Source: Nostoc sp. (lineage in GTDB: Bacteria > Cyanobacteriota > Cyanobacteriia > Cyanobacteriales > Nostocaceae). Taken from it: a DNA stretch of 64,000 nt. The notes under the pieces are model-generated. The model ran no database searches, was not told where the DNA came from, and was given only the letters and a program-made list of their open reading frames with translations. Made by a program: the position numbers and the translations under genes. Below are positions 11,533 through 22,611 of the stretch, piece after piece. The DNA lies in the NCBI GenBank assembly GCA_036918135.1, contig JBALDB010000039.1, forward strand, positions 32,001-96,000. The letters run 5' to 3'. How positions within the stretch are numbered: the first letter of the stretch is position 1; each line of letters begins with the position of its first letter.

Positions 11533-11670
11533 ATGACTAGCGGTAATAACATCAATCAACCAGTTACCTATCCAATTTTTACTGTCAGATGGTTGGCTGT
11601 TCACACTTTAGGTGTACCAACTGTTTTCTTTTTAGGCGCGATCGCCGCAATGCAATTTATTCAACGCTAG
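11533..11670 (+). CDS. psbF: Cytochrome b559 beta subunit
   Basis: Hand-translated [45 protein letters not shown]. Confidence 0.98.
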   Translation: MTSGNNINQPVTYPIFTVRWLAVHTLGVPTVFFLGAIAAMQFIQR

Positions 11671-11679
11671 GAGCAAGTT

Positions 11680-11799
11680 ATGGAAAGATCGCCCAATCCT
11701 AATAATCAACCGGTTGAATTAAACCGGACTTCGCTATACCTGGGACTATTGATGATTTTCGTTCTGGGAATTCTGTTTTCTAGTTACTTCTTTAACTAA
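11680..11799 (+). CDS. psbL: Photosystem II protein L
   Basis: Hand-translated [39 protein letters not shown]. Confidence 0.98.
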   Translation: MERSPNPNNQPVELNRTSLYLGLLMIFVLGILFSSYFFN

Positions 11800-11869
11800 C
11801 TAGAACTACTGTTGTTAATCTTTATTTATTGAACGTGTGTTGATTTGTTGTTAAGGGAGGAAATAAGCT

Positions 11870-11989
11870 GTGTCTGGAAGTGGGAGAATTCCCCTGTGGG
11901 TCGTCGCTACGGTCGCAGGATTAGGTGTAATTACAGTTTTAGGCATTTTCTTTTATGGTGCCTACGCCGGACTTGGTTCTTCAATCTAA
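11870..11989 (+). CDS. psbJ: Photosystem II protein J
   Basis: GTG start after [45 protein letters not shown]. Confidence 0.97.
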   Translation: MSGSGRIPLWVVATVAGLGVITVLGIFFYGAYAGLGSSI

Positions 11990-12050
11990 AACTAGTTTGA
12001 ACAGAATAGTATAAGTCTGAATTTTTTAGCATTTGTTGAGAAATCAGCAT

Positions 12051-12085
12051 AAAAAACCGCCTGTCTCTCTGAGATAGGCGGTATT
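12051..12085 (+). terminator. Hairpin after psbJ (possibly bidirectional)
   Basis: AAAAAACCGCCTGTCTC-TCT-GAGATAGGCGGTATT. Confidence 0.7.
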
Positions 12086-12409
12086 ATTACAGCTAATTTA
12101 AAGTAAGGTGAATTACAAAACTTAAGCTTGATACCCTGGCGTCTAGCCTGTTTTGTTTACCAATTTTGACTTGTGAATTTACTACTTATAGTGTATAGTT
12201 ATTAACTTTATAAGAAATTCAATGAAGTTACTAGAAAATTACAGCAGATTTCCCAGAAGGTGAAGTAACAAGCTAAGTCTTAAAGCTAGGTATAAAGCTT
12301 ATTTACTTGCAAATTTAGCAATTCTGACTTCTGAATTCTGCTGTAATATTCAGGTAATTGGTAAAAAGCTAAGGAATCTATTACCAATCACCATTAACTC
12401 ATAAACCAA

Positions 12410-12550
12410 TTAAGCAATATCTTCGCGCTCTATGTATAAAAACAGAAATGCGAATACTACACCTGGTACAATCCAACCAACGATCGGAACGAAGATAGCA
12501 GGCAGGTAGGAAGTGCTAGCCAACATCGTAGGCAAAAATTCAAATGCCAT
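12410..12550 (-). CDS. psaI: Photosystem I subunit VIII
   Basis: Hand-translated MAFEFLPTMLASTSYLPAIFVPIVGWIVPGVVFAFLFLYIEREDIA. Confidence 0.93.
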   Translation of the reverse strand: MAFEFLPTMLASTSYLPAIFVPIVGWIVPGVVFAFLFLYIEREDIA

Positions 12551-12746
12551 AGTAAAAGTTCCTGTTAAATCACACTACAATTCAAGATGAGCTTACTGCA
12601 AAGTGTGCCAGATTTTTTAAATTCTAAAGATTTTTAACACAGCCCATATTGTGAGTAGGAAGTGGGGAGTAAGGAATATGGATGAGCAGATGAGGAAGGC
12701 CAAGGGAAAATTCCTAACTCCTTATTCAACAGTTAACCATTAACAC

Positions 12747-15713
12747 TCAAATACCCAATAGCTCATCTAGCTCTAAGTTTGGCAAGTCTGGAGGAATGAC
12801 AGTTCGTACTATTGTGACTTTGTGACTCTCCTGTTGAGTCGTCGGCTCTAGAGCGATCGCTTCCAAGCGAATTTCCAAACAGCCAAAGGGAATATTTAAT
12901 TGGGTCATCACTTCCAGTCCTCCCAAAGCGTTAGGTAATAAATTTGTCAGTAAATGGGGGCCATCTAATAACCAACGAGTTTGATAATCTTCAACCCATA
13001 ATTTGATAGCAACTTGTTGAGATACTTCAGGCAATACTACACGCACTATCACAGACTTCCCAGCTATTAGTTCGCCCTCTGGTACATGCAGTTGGGGAAT
13101 TGGTAAAGGCTCAATAGCTACTGCATTTATAGGTAGAATACGAGATAAATCTAATGCTGCTTGCTCCTGTTGTTCCAAGGCATAACTCTTGGTTGCATCA
13201 GCTTCTAGTTCACTATAGGTATCATCTACAACAATTTCTTGCGCCAACCAAGCTGATGGTGTATTTATGTTTATCGGAGGAGGGGGCGGTATTTGTGATA
13301 AAGGTGGTGAAAATATCGGTTCTTCTAAGATTTTTTCTACTTCTGTATTTTCCTCTATAATCAGGTCTGTTTTTTCTACTATATCTGTGTCTTCCAGTAT
13401 TTCTGTGTTGGTATCTATACTTAATGACGAGTTGACATCAATAACATCAACTTCAGCATTGGTAGTTTCTGCGCTAATAGAAAGCGGCGTCTGCCGATCT
13501 AAAACGTAGTTATCGTCACCTTGTGGTGGCAGTTCATTTATGGGTTCAGGCAAAGAATATCCTTGGCTGTGCATCCATTTTCTGAGTAAGGGAGACGAGT
13601 AAAGTTTTGTTTTAATGAATTCTGAATTTGGTTGAGCTAGTACTTGAGCAACGGATTCTTCTTGAATTTCTGAATTTGGTTGAGTTAGTACTTGAGCAAT
13701 GGATTCTTCTCGAATTTCTGGATTTGGTTGAGCTAGTACTTGAGCGACAAATTCTTCTTGGATTTCTGGATTTGGTTGAGCTAGTACTTGAGCAACAGAT
13801 TCTTCTTGAATTTCTGAATTTGGTTGAGCTTGGACTTCAGTTGTATTTTTATCTTCAGTGATAATTGTGTCCGAATCAGGTATGTCCTCAGTCGCTTGAA
13901 TTTCTGATGTATCTAGGACATTATCTTTTATTTCTTCTGTAGGACTTGGCATTTGTAGCCGTTTCAAGTATGGAAGAGTCGTGTCGAGTACTGGTATTCG
14001 ACGTTGCCTGATAACTAACTGCTCCAAGTTGATGGCAGCTATGGTAGCATCCTTTTCTAGAAGTTCGCTCTGTGTAGGAGATTCAGCAACAACATCTGTG
14101 GGAGTATTCACATCAGTTTGAATGGGGGGCAGTTTCGGTAATTGAGGCGAACTAGCTGAATTCTTCAGTTGAGATGTCCGTAGGGTAGTTTCTCGGAGAA
14201 CTTGCAGATTAATTTGCGGTGGTAGGGGTGTGTTTGGCGATGAATTAACTAGCAAAGGCTGGTCTGTTTTTCGCAGTTTGACCAGATTCAATAATTTTAA
14301 ATCGAGCTTAACAGCTGCCTTTGATTCTGTGGAACTAGTAGAAGGCGATGGTGCTATCAGGTCATTTGATGATGTGCTAGATTTTGCTGCGGCTGTGATT
14401 GCCAGTAATTGTGTTACATCTGCTGTAATGGTGAAGGACTGGCTGGCTAAATGTATAACTTCACCAATGTCGGCGAATGTACCATATAAACTGATATCTG
14501 CCAAAATTAATTTGGATTCACATTCAGCAGGAATATCAATCGAAGTATTAATAGTGAAAGGTAGGTGTTGGTCTGGTAAGGGTTGGCGTACCTGGGTCAA
14601 GATTTGCGACTCTAAGGGCGATCGCAGTTCAATTTTTAGTTCAAGTCCACGGACGCTTTTTGGAAATAATGTTTCAGCTAATTCTAGATTCGTTTTTTCC
14701 TCAAGTTCTACCTGCCCATTAATTGTGAGAACTTGTCCCCAACGAGCAATATAAGTATCCCGATCTAAAGTTAACAATAATGGTGGCAGGGGTTGTGTTG
14801 CTGAAGAATCTATAACCTTTTCATCTTCAGACAGCGGTTCAGAAGTCGGTAAAGCTAATTCTATTAAATTTTGTAAAATCTGTTCTGCCGTCTCACCTTT
14901 GAACCATACAGGACTGACAGGCCGATCGATAGCTGTATCTTCTTGTTTAGTTATATTTGGCACAACAACGGTGTCAGCGCTACTATCTGTATCTTCTTGT
15001 TTGCTTACATTTGGCACAACAACGGTGTCAGCACTGCTATCTATAGGAATTAGTAGTTCTGTGGGGATAGCCATCGCCTGCTCTGGTATTTCCACAGCGT
15101 ATGGAGCATCAAGCATGGGGCATGGGGGAGCCACTGCGGTCTTGGCGAGCTGCTCCGGTCTTCGGGTCTCCTCAATTAGAGGAACTGGCGTATCTCCTGA
15201 ATTAGAGCAAGTGGCGTCATACCCAAGAGGCGCAGAGGAAAGACTTACTGTAACTTCTCCTCTGCTCCCCCCATTACTGAGCGACTTGCCTTGAGCGAAG
15301 TCGAAAGGAGTCGAAGTATGCTCCTCTGCTCCTCTGCTCCTCTGCTTTTCTGCTCCTCGTGCTTCCTGGGACAGGACTTGCAGTTGGACGCAGTATTGCC
15401 AAGATTTACCAAGCATATCGGACATCAAATCGCCCGAACAGCGCAATTCCCAAACTCCTGGCTCAAAGTAAGTAAAGGGAACTACTGCCATTAAGCCTTC
15501 TGAGTTAGTGCGACGCGAACGCTTGAAAATTCGCTGTTTTGGTGTAACTTCCTCTGTTGAAAAGTGAGTGACCCGGATTTCTACATCTGTATTTTGCAGG
15601 TTAGAACGAGCTAGAACTCTATACTGCCCTTGCAAAATATCTAAATTCGGCGATTCTAGGATATGCCAGGAGCGATCGCCTTGCTTCTGTATCAGAAATT
15701 GCCAGTGTTCCAT
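12747..15713 (-). CDS. Large conserved cyanobacterial hypothetical protein with low-complexity and repeat insertions
   Basis: ~990-aa ORF; ordered-looking N-terminus (MEHWQFLIQKQGDRSW) and C-terminus (KLWVEDYQTRWLLDGP) around acidic/Pro-rich linkers. Confidence 0.8.
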   Translation of the reverse strand: MEHWQFLIQKQGDRSWHILESPNLDILQGQYRVLARSNLQNTDVEIRVTHFSTEEVTPKQRIFKRSRRTNSEGLMAVVPFTYFEPGVWELRCSGDLMSDMLGKSWQYCVQLQVLSQEARGAEKQRSRGAEEHTSTPFDFAQGKSLSNGGSRGEVTVSLSSAPLGYDATCSNSGDTPVPLIEETRRPEQLAKTAVAPPCPMLDAPYAVEIPEQAMAIPTELLIPIDSSADTVVVPNVSKQEDTDSSADTVVVPNITKQEDTAIDRPVSPVWFKGETAEQILQNLIELALPTSEPLSEDEKVIDSSATQPLPPLLLTLDRDTYIARWGQVLTINGQVELEEKTNLELAETLFPKSVRGLELKIELRSPLESQILTQVRQPLPDQHLPFTINTSIDIPAECESKLILADISLYGTFADIGEVIHLASQSFTITADVTQLLAITAAAKSSTSSNDLIAPSPSTSSTESKAAVKLDLKLLNLVKLRKTDQPLLVNSSPNTPLPPQINLQVLRETTLRTSQLKNSASSPQLPKLPPIQTDVNTPTDVVAESPTQSELLEKDATIAAINLEQLVIRQRRIPVLDTTLPYLKRLQMPSPTEEIKDNVLDTSEIQATEDIPDSDTIITEDKNTTEVQAQPNSEIQEESVAQVLAQPNPEIQEEFVAQVLAQPNPEIREESIAQVLTQPNSEIQEESVAQVLAQPNSEFIKTKLYSSPLLRKWMHSQGYSLPEPINELPPQGDDNYVLDRQTPLSISAETTNAEVDVIDVNSSLSIDTNTEILEDTDIVEKTDLIIEENTEVEKILEEPIFSPPLSQIPPPPPININTPSAWLAQEIVVDDTYSELEADATKSYALEQQEQAALDLSRILPINAVAIEPLPIPQLHVPEGELIAGKSVIVRVVLPEVSQQVAIKLWVEDYQTRWLLDGPHLLTNLLPNALGGLEVMTQLNIPFGCLEIRLEAIALEPTTQQESHKVTIVRTVIPPDLPNLELDELLGI
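13621..13830 (-). repeat. 48-bp in-frame tandem repeat (about 4.4 copies, QPNSEIQEESVAQVLA)
   Basis: Units start at 13621, 13669, 13717, 13765, 13813. Confidence 0.95.
14933..15042 (-). repeat. 54-bp in-frame tandem duplication (DSSADTVVVPN..KQEDT x2)
   Basis: Units start at 14933 and 14987. Confidence 0.9.
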
Positions 15714-16121
15714 TGTGAGTGATACCCAGACCGACAAGCCGCCCAGTAATATTGTGTATTAGCTTGTTTGCAAGTTTACCCCAGTAATTTGTAATTGCAC
15801 CCTTAAAAAAGCTATCAAGTTAACTTAGTTTCATATACCTAAATTTTCCTAAAGTCAATACCCTGAAATCAGCCTTTTTTAGTAAACAATCCAATCTGCA
15901 ACAGAACAGAACATACAATAAATTAAGATTCACTTGACAATTTTGATTTAATTGTGACACTTGCATTTTTGCTACTAACACTTAGGATGTAGCTCTTAAG
16001 TATAGTTGGCGATCGCAAATTCAGTATAGCTGGCAGTGCGCTGTGCTTTTAGACCGCTACAACGAGTGTGCTTCTTGAAGTGAAATGTAGGTGACAATTG
16101 AAAATTTCCAGGAGGGATTAG

Positions 16122-16319
16122 ATGCTAGTCATTTTAATGGACGAGCAAATCCTTGCCCCTGAGCAAGTTTGCCAGTCTTGTTTACTCGCTGATGACAGTG
16201 GTCAACCCCGTTGGCGTGGCGGTCAACTGCGTTGTGGTCAAGCCATTCGCAAACTTACTCAACAGCAGCCAGACCAGTATGAGTGTGTAATGGGTTTTCG
16301 CATAGCCCATGTAGAATAA
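16122..16319 (+). CDS. Small conserved Cys-containing hypothetical protein
   Basis: AGGAGG RBS; CQSC...C...C pattern. Confidence 0.75.
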   Translation: MLVILMDEQILAPEQVCQSCLLADDSGQPRWRGGQLRCGQAIRKLTQQQPDQYECVMGFRIAHVE

Positions 16320-16400
16320 TTTAATTTGCCAGCAAGAGCAAGCAACTGCGTTATCCTAAGGTCAAGTAGCTGTTCAAATATAACCATAGGAGAATCCATA

Positions 16401-16880
16401 ATGTCTTGGCGCGGGTCTACAACAGTCTGGGATCGAATTTTTGCTTGCTTGCCTTACCTGCTGCCCCTAATAGATGGTTTAATCTTTAGCAGGTTTTTAT
16501 TGAATGATTTTCCAGCATTACGAGTCCTACTTTTACCGCTGCAACCAGTACTAATAATTTATGGTAGTTTAGGACAATTTGGACAACTAATCGTGTTCTT
16601 TGCCTTGTTCTTGTTGGTGGTAAGAAACGAAAAAATAAGTCACTTCATTCGTTTTAACACGATGCAGGCAATTCTTTTGGATATAGTTATATTTTTATGT
16701 TCCATACTAGTGCAAATTTTAGGACAGGTTCCTGGTACTGGCTTTGCAATAGAAACAGTGGCTAACACTATCTTTTTAGGTGTAGTGCTAGCAGTTGGAT
16801 ATTCAGTCATCCAGTCTTTGATTGGGCGTTATGCAGAAATTCCAGCGATTTCTGATGCAGTGTACATGCAAGTACGTTAG
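16401..16880 (+). CDS. Tic20/Ycf60-family membrane protein
   Basis: DRIFACLPYLLPL, HFIRFNTMQAILLD, YAEIPAISDA; AGGAG RBS before ATG 16401. Confidence 0.9.
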   Translation: MSWRGSTTVWDRIFACLPYLLPLIDGLIFSRFLLNDFPALRVLLLPLQPVLIIYGSLGQFGQLIVFFALFLLVVRNEKISHFIRFNTMQAILLDIVIFLCSILVQILGQVPGTGFAIETVANTIFLGVVLAVGYSVIQSLIGRYAEIPAISDAVYMQVR

Positions 16881-16883
16881 TCC

Positions 16884-17657
16884 TTAACGGGTCGCTACGG
16901 TGTTTTCCAAGCGACCAATACCTTCAATTTCTACACGGACGCGATCGCCTAGTTGCAATTGACTTACACCCTCTGGTGTTCCTGTAAGCACCACATCCCC
17001 CGGTAATAGTGTCATCACCTGACTAATGTAAGATACTAAAACATCTGGCGGAAATACCATTTGGTCGATAGAGGCAGATTGGACTGGATTAGCGTCGTCA
17101 TTCACAAAAGTCTGCAATCTTGCTCCCGGATTTAATTCTCGGACAATCCAAGGGCCTAAGGGACAGAAAGTATCAAAACCTTTGGCTCGCGTCCACTGAC
17201 CATCTTGTTTTTGTAAATCCCGCGCTGTCACATCATTAGCGATTGTGTAGCCCCAAATTTTAGTTTGGGCGATTTCTGGTGTACAGTCAAAAACGCGATC
17301 GCCAATCACTAACGCTAACTCTCCTTCATAATCTACTCGTTGCGACTGGGGAGGATATTTAATTTCAGTTTCAGAAGGAATAATCGATGTAGTTGGCTTG
17401 AGAAAAATTAGTGGTTCAGAAGGCACGGGAGTTCCCATTTCTGCGGCATGATCTGCATAATTCTTACCCACCGCCACAATTTTCGACGGAGCGCAGGGAG
17501 CCAAAATTTGGTAATTTTCTGGCGTCAAAGTCAAATCAGTGGGTTGCCCTTGTAACCAGGGCGGAGCATCTAGCACTTGAACGTCGAGGGATAGTTGTAG
17601 TAACCCATAGTAAATCTGTCCTTCTTGATTTTGAACTCGCACGTAGCGCTGCACCAT
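16884..17657 (-). CDS. Fumarylacetoacetate hydrolase family protein
   Basis: GKNYADH, DYEGEL, ANDVTARD, KGFDTFCPLGP, TGTP. Confidence 0.93.
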   Translation of the reverse strand: MVQRYVRVQNQEGQIYYGLLQLSLDVQVLDAPPWLQGQPTDLTLTPENYQILAPCAPSKIVAVGKNYADHAAEMGTPVPSEPLIFLKPTTSIIPSETEIKYPPQSQRVDYEGELALVIGDRVFDCTPEIAQTKIWGYTIANDVTARDLQKQDGQWTRAKGFDTFCPLGPWIVRELNPGARLQTFVNDDANPVQSASIDQMVFPPDVLVSYISQVMTLLPGDVVLTGTPEGVSQLQLGDRVRVEIEGIGRLENTVATR

Positions 17658-18062
17658 AACCTTGATGAATATCCTTTTGTCTTTTATTAAAACTTGTAAG
17701 CGCCAAGTAGCAATCCTCAGTTAGCTTTTTGGCGAACTGATTGAGCCTTGAGCAAAAAAGCGATCGCTACAGATGCCCTTAGGGAAAGGCTAAACTGATA
17801 GCTAGATCGATTTGCTGGCGAACACCAAAAGCCGGATTCTTACTTGCTAAAGAAATCTGAGGGTCGGAAGCCTCTCTAGTATTTCATTAGGGACATCCAA
17901 CAGATGAAATCCAAAGTTCGGCGGATTGGCTAATGATTCAAATTGAAAACTGGTAAGATTATAGTTCCTTGTTGCTTCAGATGTTGAGCGATACTAGTAT
18001 TTTTATTAAGTTAGTATAAATCAACACAAGTGACCATTTTTGTCCATAAGGAGACTAAAAAA

Positions 18063-18395
18063 ATGACTACAAGTTACGAAACAATGTACATCCTGCGTCC
18101 CGACTTGGGAGACGAACAAGTAGAGCAAGCAGTTACTAAATATCAGAATTTGCTTCGCGAACAGGGCGCTGAGGAGATCCAAATTCAAAATCGTGGTAAG
18201 CGTCGTCTGGCTTATGAAATCCAAAGACACCGGGATGGGATTTATATCCAGTTAAACTACACTGCACCTGCAACTGCGATCGCTCCCTTTGAACGTGCCA
18301 TGCGCTTGAGTGAAGAAGTGATTCGCTATCTCACAATCAAGCAAGAACTTGAAGAGGCTAAACCTACTAAAGTGGCTGCAAATGCAACTGTGTAG
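18063..18395 (+). CDS. rpsF: 30S ribosomal protein S6
   Basis: [29 protein letters not shown] before ATG 18063. Confidence 0.97.
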   Translation: MTTSYETMYILRPDLGDEQVEQAVTKYQNLLREQGAEEIQIQNRGKRRLAYEIQRHRDGIYIQLNYTAPATAIAPFERAMRLSEEVIRYLTIKQELEEAKPTKVAANATV

Positions 18396-18585
18396 GGCAT
18401 AGGGCATAGGGCATAGGAAATAGTTTTCTACTTTCCAATGTCCAACGCCCTTGAATAAAATTTTGTTTTTTTCTTTACCAGTAAGTTGGTTCGCAATGCT
18501 AAATTAACAAATACTTGCCAAAGGTAGTACTCCCGCAGTTATACCTAAGATTGGACAAGATACCGAATGGGAGATGTAAGCTACT

Positions 18586-19146
18586 GTGAGCCAATCTAAT
18601 ACACCCAACATTCAAGCTCTCTCTACCGAAGTATCGCAACTACGCCAAGAGTTGCAACTTCGCGATCAATTAGTACAACAGTTATCTCAAGAACTCTTTC
18701 GGCTGGTAAAAGGTAATACAAATTTTATGCCCCAGCAGCCGGATCTTGAGCGCGATATCACGCAATTACAAGCTTTACAAGAACAACTCCAAGCTGTGGA
18801 ACAGCAGGTAGGATTCTACCAAGAGCAAATATCAACTCGTGACTCCGAAATTTACCAATTGCGACAGTCAGTCCAAGAACTTAGCGATCGCAGTCGGATG
18901 TTGGAGCAAGTAGTCCAAGAGTTGCCTCAAATTTACCGTCGCAAGTTTGAGGAGCGAATAACACCAGTTAGAGAAAAAGTAGCAATGTTACAACGGGAAA
19001 ACCGCCAACTACAAGCAGAATTGCAAAGTGTTAGTTATCGCTTAGCAATTAAAACCCGTAATGCTAGTCACAGCGGCATTGATTTACCAAATTTTCCCCG
19101 GACTGCATCCGAACAAACTCAGATATCAACTCCTCAGAATGCCTAA
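18586..19146 (+). CDS. Conserved cyanobacterial coiled-coil protein
   Basis: Heptad-rich, RDQLVQQLSQELFRLVKGN. Confidence 0.8.
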   Translation: MSQSNTPNIQALSTEVSQLRQELQLRDQLVQQLSQELFRLVKGNTNFMPQQPDLERDITQLQALQEQLQAVEQQVGFYQEQISTRDSEIYQLRQSVQELSDRSRMLEQVVQELPQIYRRKFEERITPVREKVAMLQRENRQLQAELQSVSYRLAIKTRNASHSGIDLPNFPRTASEQTQISTPQNA

Positions 19147-19542
19147 AAGAGCATGTTTTGAAAGTAGTAGCTGATGATTAAAAACTGTAGATACCCTTAC
19201 TCCTCTGGTTAAAAAGAGGATTTCGATCGGATTATTCCAAATGTGTATATGACAATAGACTTTTCAAACTACTCTCGAAAGATGTTTGAAAAGCTGTGCT
19301 TTCATGAGGCTGGGGAGTCTGATAAACAATTGCATCTGTTTTAACCAACTTTGGCCATTTCCCATACTACATGGGTAGCTGGAAAACTACGAGTTTTCCT
19401 CAGTATTGTTCTTTAGGTAAAATAGGAGATTAGCCTGCTAGCACCAGACTCTTATCTTTAGACGAGGTGAGGATACACATCATAGTGTAAATAAATGCAA
19501 ACTCGCTTGACTCCACCATCCTTCTCAAGGTAGATTTATTTA

Positions 19543-19896
19543 TTAGCCTGCTAGCACCAGAGTCTCATCTTTAATAGTGGTAAAGATGTCGTCGTAAGTG
19601 TGAAAAATCTCAAATACTGTATCTAATTGGGTAAGTTCCAAAATTAATCTTACAGGAGTTTGCACGTTGCATAAAACTAAACGACAACCGCTCTGACGTG
19701 CAGCTTTCAAACCTTTTACTAGAGGAACTAAACCAGAACTGTCCATAAAATTAACTTCTGCTAAGTCGATAACCCAGAGTTGATGGGGTTGGGGCACTAC
19801 TCCAGCCATCTGTTCGCTCAAAGCCATACCAACTTCTAAATCGATGCTTGCTTGGGGTTTGAACAAAATCACTTGAAGTTCTTGTGTGAGAATCAT
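19543..19896 (-). CDS. STAS-domain anti-sigma factor antagonist
   Basis: IDLAEVNFMDSSGL motif. Confidence 0.9.
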   Translation of the reverse strand: MILTQELQVILFKPQASIDLEVGMALSEQMAGVVPQPHQLWVIDLAEVNFMDSSGLVPLVKGLKAARQSGCRLVLCNVQTPVRLILELTQLDTVFEIFHTYDDIFTTIKDETLVLAG

Positions 19897-20383
19897 GAAT
19901 TTAACAGGGTAGTTGGAACACTTAACAAAAAACCGAAAAAAGACATAAATACGTTTTCTCTTTCAACAGCAAAATCACTGTCTTACCTCAAAATTTAGGT
20001 AATTCCAGCCGTAAAATTGAGAGAGCTATTTTCAGTATTCATGTCGTATAATTTGTAATAACTTTTCCCAATATAGGCATAAGCGCCTACCAAATTCGGT
20101 ATCAACTGCGTCTTTTACAAAATTTTCATAATTTTCCAAGATATTTATAAATTTTTTATAAATATTTTTTATTTATCTTGCAAAGGTATAGTTTTGTGGT
20201 AATAGATGCTAAAAATATGATAATTAATAGTCAAAATTTGATAATCACCATAGATTAGAATATATGGATTATTCAGAATTAAGATTGAGTCAATAAATGT
20301 ATGTACCAGTTTGCATTGACAGCCTAGCCAAAAACAAGCAAAGATATAGTAAAAGTAAAAATTTGTAAAGACGGTGGTGCGGG

Positions 20384-21016
20384 ATGTCTTTAGAACTGAT
20401 TTCACTAGAAAACATCCAGGAAGTTGCCCACAACTACGGCTATTGGGCAATTTTTTTGGGAATTTTGCTAGAAAATTTAGGCATTCCTGTTCCAGGCGAA
20501 ACCGTAACCTTAGTGGGTGGATTTTTAGCTGGTAGCGAGGAACTGAATTTCTGGCTGGTTCTCGGTAACGCAATTATGGGTGCTGTAATTGGCGGAGTTT
20601 GTGGCTATTGGATTGGTAGAGTTAGCGGTTGGCCTTTCCTGGTAAAAGTTGGTAGCATCTTTCGGATTTCGGAAGTGCGAATGCTGAATATCAAAGAGCA
20701 ATTTAGTCAAAATAGTGCAAAAGCAATATTTGTTGGACGTTTTGTGGCATTGCTGCGGATTTTGGCTGCACCACTAGCTGGTATAGCCGAAATGCCCTTT
20801 AGGAAATTCTTTTTATACAACTTGTTAGGAGCAGTTGCTTGGGCTAGTTTAATGGTGACATTAGCTTTCTTTGCTGGCAAAATTATCTCCCTAGAACAAT
20901 TGGTTGCTTGGGCGAGTAAATTTGCGATCGTAGCATTACTGATTGTGGCAACTTTAATTTTTGTACCAGTGTGGTTAGAGTCTCGTGAAGTTAAAGAAAT
21001 GGGCAATGAGAAGTGA
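20384..21016 (+). CDS. DedA family membrane protein
   Basis: LENLGIPVPGE, GYWIGR, GRFVALLR, FFLYN. Confidence 0.92.
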   Translation: MSLELISLENIQEVAHNYGYWAIFLGILLENLGIPVPGETVTLVGGFLAGSEELNFWLVLGNAIMGAVIGGVCGYWIGRVSGWPFLVKVGSIFRISEVRMLNIKEQFSQNSAKAIFVGRFVALLRILAAPLAGIAEMPFRKFFLYNLLGAVAWASLMVTLAFFAGKIISLEQLVAWASKFAIVALLIVATLIFVPVWLESREVKEMGNEK

Positions 21017-21140
21017 GGGAGTAGACACAAAGACGCTCTGACACACAGACGCCGCCAAAGAGGATACAGGGAATCGCTCGCAAACACTCTCTGTGTCATT
21101 GCGCCTTTAGATCGGAGCGTCTCTCACTCTTTGCGTCTTC

Positions 21141-22343
21141 CTAACTCCTAGTTAACTGCGACCAAATACGAGTTGGTAGTCCCCAAACGTAGATAAAGCC
21201 TTCAGCAGCTTTATGATCGAATCGATCTTCGGCTCCATATGTTGCCAAATCGGGACTATAGAGGGAATTATCGCTAGAGCGTCCAACTATAGTGGCATTA
21301 CCCTTAAACAACTTCACGCGCACAGTTCCAGATACTTGCTCTTGTGTCTTTTGAATAAAAGCATCCAGTGCAGCTTTGAGTGGACTGTACCACAGACCGT
21401 TATAAACGATTTGGCTATAAGTTTCTTCAATCCCACGCTTGTAATGAGTAACATCTGCTGTGAGAGTCAAACTTTCCAAATCCCTATGTGCTTGAATTAG
21501 GACTAACATCGCGGGTGATTCGTAGATTTCCCGTGATTTGATGCCTACTAGACGGTTTTCGATCATATCAATCCGTCCAATACCATGATTTCCTACAAGC
21601 TGATTGAGTTGTTCAATTAGCTCAACTGGCTTTTTGGTTGAACCATTAAGGGTGGTGGGAATACCACGATAGAAACCAATTTCGATGTACTCTGGTTCAT
21701 TGGGAGTGTGAGCGATCGCGAGGGTCATCTCATAGATTTCTTCTGGTGGCTCGAATGAGAGATCTTCGAGTAAACCAGCTTCAATACTACGACCGAGCAA
21801 ATTTTTGTCAATGCTATAGGGAGAAGATTTTTTGACTGGTGAGGGAATACCAAACTTTTCACCATAGGCGATGGTTTGCTCGCGGCTCATTCCCCATTCT
21901 CTGGCTGGTGCAAGGATCTTCAGGTTGGGGTTGAGAGCAGCAACAGAAACATCGAAGCGAACTTGATCGTTACCTTTGCCAGTACAGCCGTGAGCGATGG
22001 CATCAGCACCATATTTTTCGGCTGTTTCTACTAATACCTTGGCAATCAGCGGACGGGCAAGGGCAGTTCCTAGTGGATAACGATTTTCATAAAGGGCGTT
22101 AGCTTGAATTGCTCCAAAAGCGTAATCTTTAACGAAGCTGTCTTTAACATCCGCTACTAAGGATTCACTTGCACCTGATTTGAGAGCTTTTTCTCTGATT
22201 GGCTCTAATTCATCTCCCTGACCCAAATCTGCTGCTAGGGTAATCACCTCTTCCACACCCCACTCATGTTTCAGGTAAGGAATGCAAACAGAGGTATCTA
22301 CTCCGCCAGAATATGCCAGAACAACCTTTTTGGCGCGACCCAT
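21141..22343 (-). CDS. argG: Argininosuccinate synthase
   Basis: [34 protein letters not shown]. Confidence 0.98.
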   Translation of the reverse strand: MGRAKKVVLAYSGGVDTSVCIPYLKHEWGVEEVITLAADLGQGDELEPIREKALKSGASESLVADVKDSFVKDYAFGAIQANALYENRYPLGTALARPLIAKVLVETAEKYGADAIAHGCTGKGNDQVRFDVSVAALNPNLKILAPAREWGMSREQTIAYGEKFGIPSPVKKSSPYSIDKNLLGRSIEAGLLEDLSFEPPEEIYEMTLAIAHTPNEPEYIEIGFYRGIPTTLNGSTKKPVELIEQLNQLVGNHGIGRIDMIENRLVGIKSREIYESPAMLVLIQAHRDLESLTLTADVTHYKRGIEETYSQIVYNGLWYSPLKAALDAFIQKTQEQVSGTVRVKLFKGNATIVGRSSDNSLYSPDLATYGAEDRFDHKAAEGFIYVWGLPTRIWSQLTRS

Positions 22344-22611
22344 TAATTTCTCCAGTTAGGAAAACAAAGAATGAGTAATTATTATATCGAAACTAATCCA
22401 TATATACTTTCTTCATGCAACAACCTATAGCAGGAGTTAGGAGTTAGAATTCAGATCCCAGTCTGCTCATAAAGCGATCGAATATTTTTTGAGCTGGTTT
22501 TGAACGAAGATCATCTTTTGTTGGTTATTTCTTAACCTATATACATTGGTTCAAAGCTTATTTAAGTGAAACTACAAAATTATTCATTTTTGAGCTTTGG
22601 AGTATTTTCTG

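Noticed and set aside
14230..15494. Plus-strand ORFs of 174, 131 and 67 aa
   Set aside because: Antisense shadows of the large minus-strand gene with no recognisable motifs
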